DNA of 63,193 nucleotides, filler included, from Basidiobolus ranarum (Eukaryota): NCBI GenBank assembly GCA_040143965.1. It is 19 parts of 19 records of this genome, joined end to end, with 100 filler letters (N's around TTAATTAATTAA, not from the genome) between each part and the next. Parts side by side here need not be neighbours in the genome. Positions count along the whole stretch, not along the records: positions 59,972 to 63,193 come from JASJQH010002637.1; 18 more parts are not named here. One strand, 5' to 3'. Shown piece by piece: positions 60,540 to 63,193 of this stretch (position 1 is its first letter; each line of letters starts with the position of its first letter). The notes under the pieces were generated by a model. It saw only the letters and a program-made list of their open reading frames with translations, ran no database searches and was not told where the DNA came from. The position numbers and the translations under genes were made by a program.

Positions 60540-63193
60540 TTAGTTGGATTTCTCAGGAAGGAACGCCCCACTGGCAAGAACCAAATTTCTTCTAGTGAAT
60601 TGTACATTGTAGATTGAGGTTCGCTTTGTTGGATATGTACCCATAAGATCAGCGCTAGTGGAGATCATCGAATTGTTAGACATATATGACTATATAGATA
60701 AATAGTGTCAGCAACTTCTAAATACCTGGCGGTAACCGCTAATGCCTTCTTGTCTTTTTTCTTTGTGCTGCGAGAAAATACTAGATTAGTGGACAGTGCT
60801 ACTTATTCAATCTAAAGTAGAACGAACCTATCATTCTGGGTCGCTAGCGAGTCCTTGGTCTTCTTCTTAGAATCGCTGGTAGATCACAAAGATGAGTGAA
60901 TACTGAGATATTGATGACTTCTCGACTAACAACCTACCTTTGGTTTTCTTCGTGTTCATGACCGTCGTTGCTTTTTGTTTCGCCATCACTAATAAAGAGA
61001 ATTAGAGGTCTAACGATGATATAGTCCTTAGAAGAGGGAATACTAACATATCCATGGCATCTATCTTCTCTTTTTCGGCGCTCCTTTGTGATAAATCACA
61101 ACAAATCATTCAATAAACAGTATTCTGGATGATAGTTCTATGAAATACTAACTTGATTGTGTTCTCTTCCTTGGATTGTGCACCGCTGATAAACGTGATA
61201 AAGACTTAATCAACCAAACATATACTTGACTCCAGGAAAGGCTTTCTACTTACTTTGTTGACTTATCATTAATGTTTGTTTTTTCTTTGCTTGTAACATC
61301 ATTTTCATTGTGTTCATTTCGATCTTTTTTCGGGATAAATTTGGGTGCATTCTCACTTTCTTCTCCTTTCTTTACATCCCAAACTCGAACAGTCCAATCT
61401 GAGCTTCCAGAAACTAAAACACTACCCTCACTACTAAATGATAGTGAGTGAATAGTTCCTTCATGTCCGGTCATCTTTTTGATCTTTCGACCAGAACCTA
61501 AATCCCAGAGGACAATTGACTTGTCATCACCTAGGACAAGACTCGTTAATCAACCATGGATAAGGCAAATCAGTTCTAACGAATATACCTGCAGAGGCCA
61601 TGGTTCTTCCATCAGGTGACACCGCAAGGGAATATATAGCACCTAAATGACCCGTAAATACACGTACACAAGAACCACGTTGAACATCCCATAAACGACA
61701 TGTTTTATCGCTGGATCCTGTGACGAGGTATTTCGAGTTGGGGTGGAATTTCACGCACTGATTTGATATTTAATACGACGATATATGAAATACTATGTAA
61801 AAAAGCAATGAAACTTACATCCACATCCGATAAATGGCCAGCAAAGATGCGCAATGGGGATATGTGATCGCAACTCCAAAGTCTTGCGGTACGATCATGA
61901 GATGCAGTAGCAAAGTAGAATCCGTACGGTCCGAAATCTACATCCCAGACTGGGTAATTATGTCCCTTATAACTTACCAGATTTGTGTACGTATCCATAC
62001 TCCAAAGACGGACTAGATTATGTTGGGACAAAGCAGTGAGCATAACTTTCGAATCCAACCAGATAAAAGCTTGGAACATTACCTGTGGAATCTTCAGAAC
62101 TAGAGACAAGATACTTGTTATCATGACTAAAACTCAGTCCAAATACTGGGCCAGAATGACCTATGAGCTTCTTGTATTCATGGCCTTGACGTTCCTTCAA
62201 TCTATTTAAATCCGACACTACTCAACAATTTTAATTAAACAGAGCTCTCTTGAATTCTCTTATTACGCGATGAAAAGTACGTACCATCATTGATATGGGC
62301 CGGGTTAAAGTTACTTCTAAATCCCTTCAGCTTCTCACCTTTCAAACTCCAAATTTTGATGTAAGACTCCGAAAACCCACCAGCTACCAAAGACACATCC
62401 TCGGTCATGGAGACGCAGTTCAAACTTTGAAAGAAAACTTCGATTTCAGGAACAACACACTTTCAATAATAATAAAATAACCTGAAGTACCTTCCGCTAG
62501 TATTATGAAATGTGTACATACAGATAGAGGGCAAAGCGCCTGGACCTAACTTAAGACGTTTTCTTAAATCAACAATCCCATCTATCTCAGCTTGAATATC
62601 AAGTCCTTTACTACAAAGACAATACGTGAAATTGACATCAAAGTAAATTAATACATATATTGCGAAAAAAAAGTAATCATTATCAAGATAAGAAAGTATA
62701 CTAACATGGGTGGTAATGGTATATCTTCTCTGGCCGGACCATCCTGAGAGCCTTCTAGTTTAACTTTTTTGTACTCTTCGACAAGTGATGATGCGGCAGT
62801 TTCTACCTCTGCTCCCTAAAGATAACATTCCTTATTACCCCTTATTATATTATTCACGTTTACGCGTATCAATACGTACAGTTGCTCCAGTATCAGCTTT
62901 GGCTTTCTCGTCGTCCTCTTTTAATGCTCGCTCAACTTCTTCTCTGCGAGCTGGATCAGGAGGAAGTTGCCCAAGTTCTACAGGCTGCTGATTAAATGCT
63001 TTCAACTGATGTGTCTTGTGGCCAGTAATCCCGACCCCTTCTTCAGTTTCTATATCTGGCGATGTGTTTGGTTTTCCGGGTGATACTACAAAGTAAAGGA
63101 TAAAATAGCATTCTTTAGAATGATTCAGTTATTGGAAATATGGATTCACTGTAAATACCTTGAATATTCAAGTATTGGTTTACGATTCTCAAT
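60540..63193 (-). CDS. TAF5: TFIID subunit TAF5 (WD40), 5' truncated, many short introns; 3' exons 61254-61530, 61153-61185, 61048-61083, 60938-60988, 60828-60875, 60726-60767 and 60540-60654
   Basis: LPSICMYTFHN, AGGFSESYIKIWSL, LIGHSGPVFG, YKGHNYPVWDV, PLRIFAGHLSDVD, FHPNSKYLVTGSSDKTCRLWDV and the C-terminal YPTKRTSIYNVQFTRRNLVLASGAF. Confidence 0.96.

Noticed and set aside
1-63193. A functional cluster of transcription and ribosome-biogenesis genes (RPB2, SSB, RIX7, TAF5)
   Set aside because: They are on different contigs, placed together only by size sorting.
1-63193. tRNA, rRNA, CRISPR or prokaryotic defence systems
   Set aside because: None recognisable. The content is spliceosomal-intron fungal genes and eukaryotic transposons.

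Overview
This is eukaryotic, fungal DNA, and the window is not one locus. It is 19 unrelated contigs of about 3.2 kb, sorted by size (3241 down to 3222 bp) and joined by an artificial 100-nt spacer (N44-TTAATTAATTAA-N44). Host genes, mostly cut by contig ends, are RPB2, an SSB-type Hsp70, a KRE6/SKN1-like GH16, SDH4/CybS (complete), an M16 beta-MPP/Core1-like gene, a RIX7/NVL AAA ATPase, a coiled-coil protein with a GPS2-like motif, an IQ-motif gene, a secreted protein and TAF5. The rest is nested, CpG-depleted, decayed transposons: several Copia families with a half-tRNA-iMet primer site, Gypsy fragments, a PIF/Harbinger-ISL2EU-type DDE transposase, a CACTA/EnSpm family with CCCTA ends and a divergent second ORF, and a 190-bp CACTA MITE. 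The most striking observation is in TAF5: five consecutive 33-51 nt exons, all multiples of 3 and all phase 2-2, form a skippable micro-exon array in a WD40 loop. All family names come from motif recognition by eye; no database search was run.
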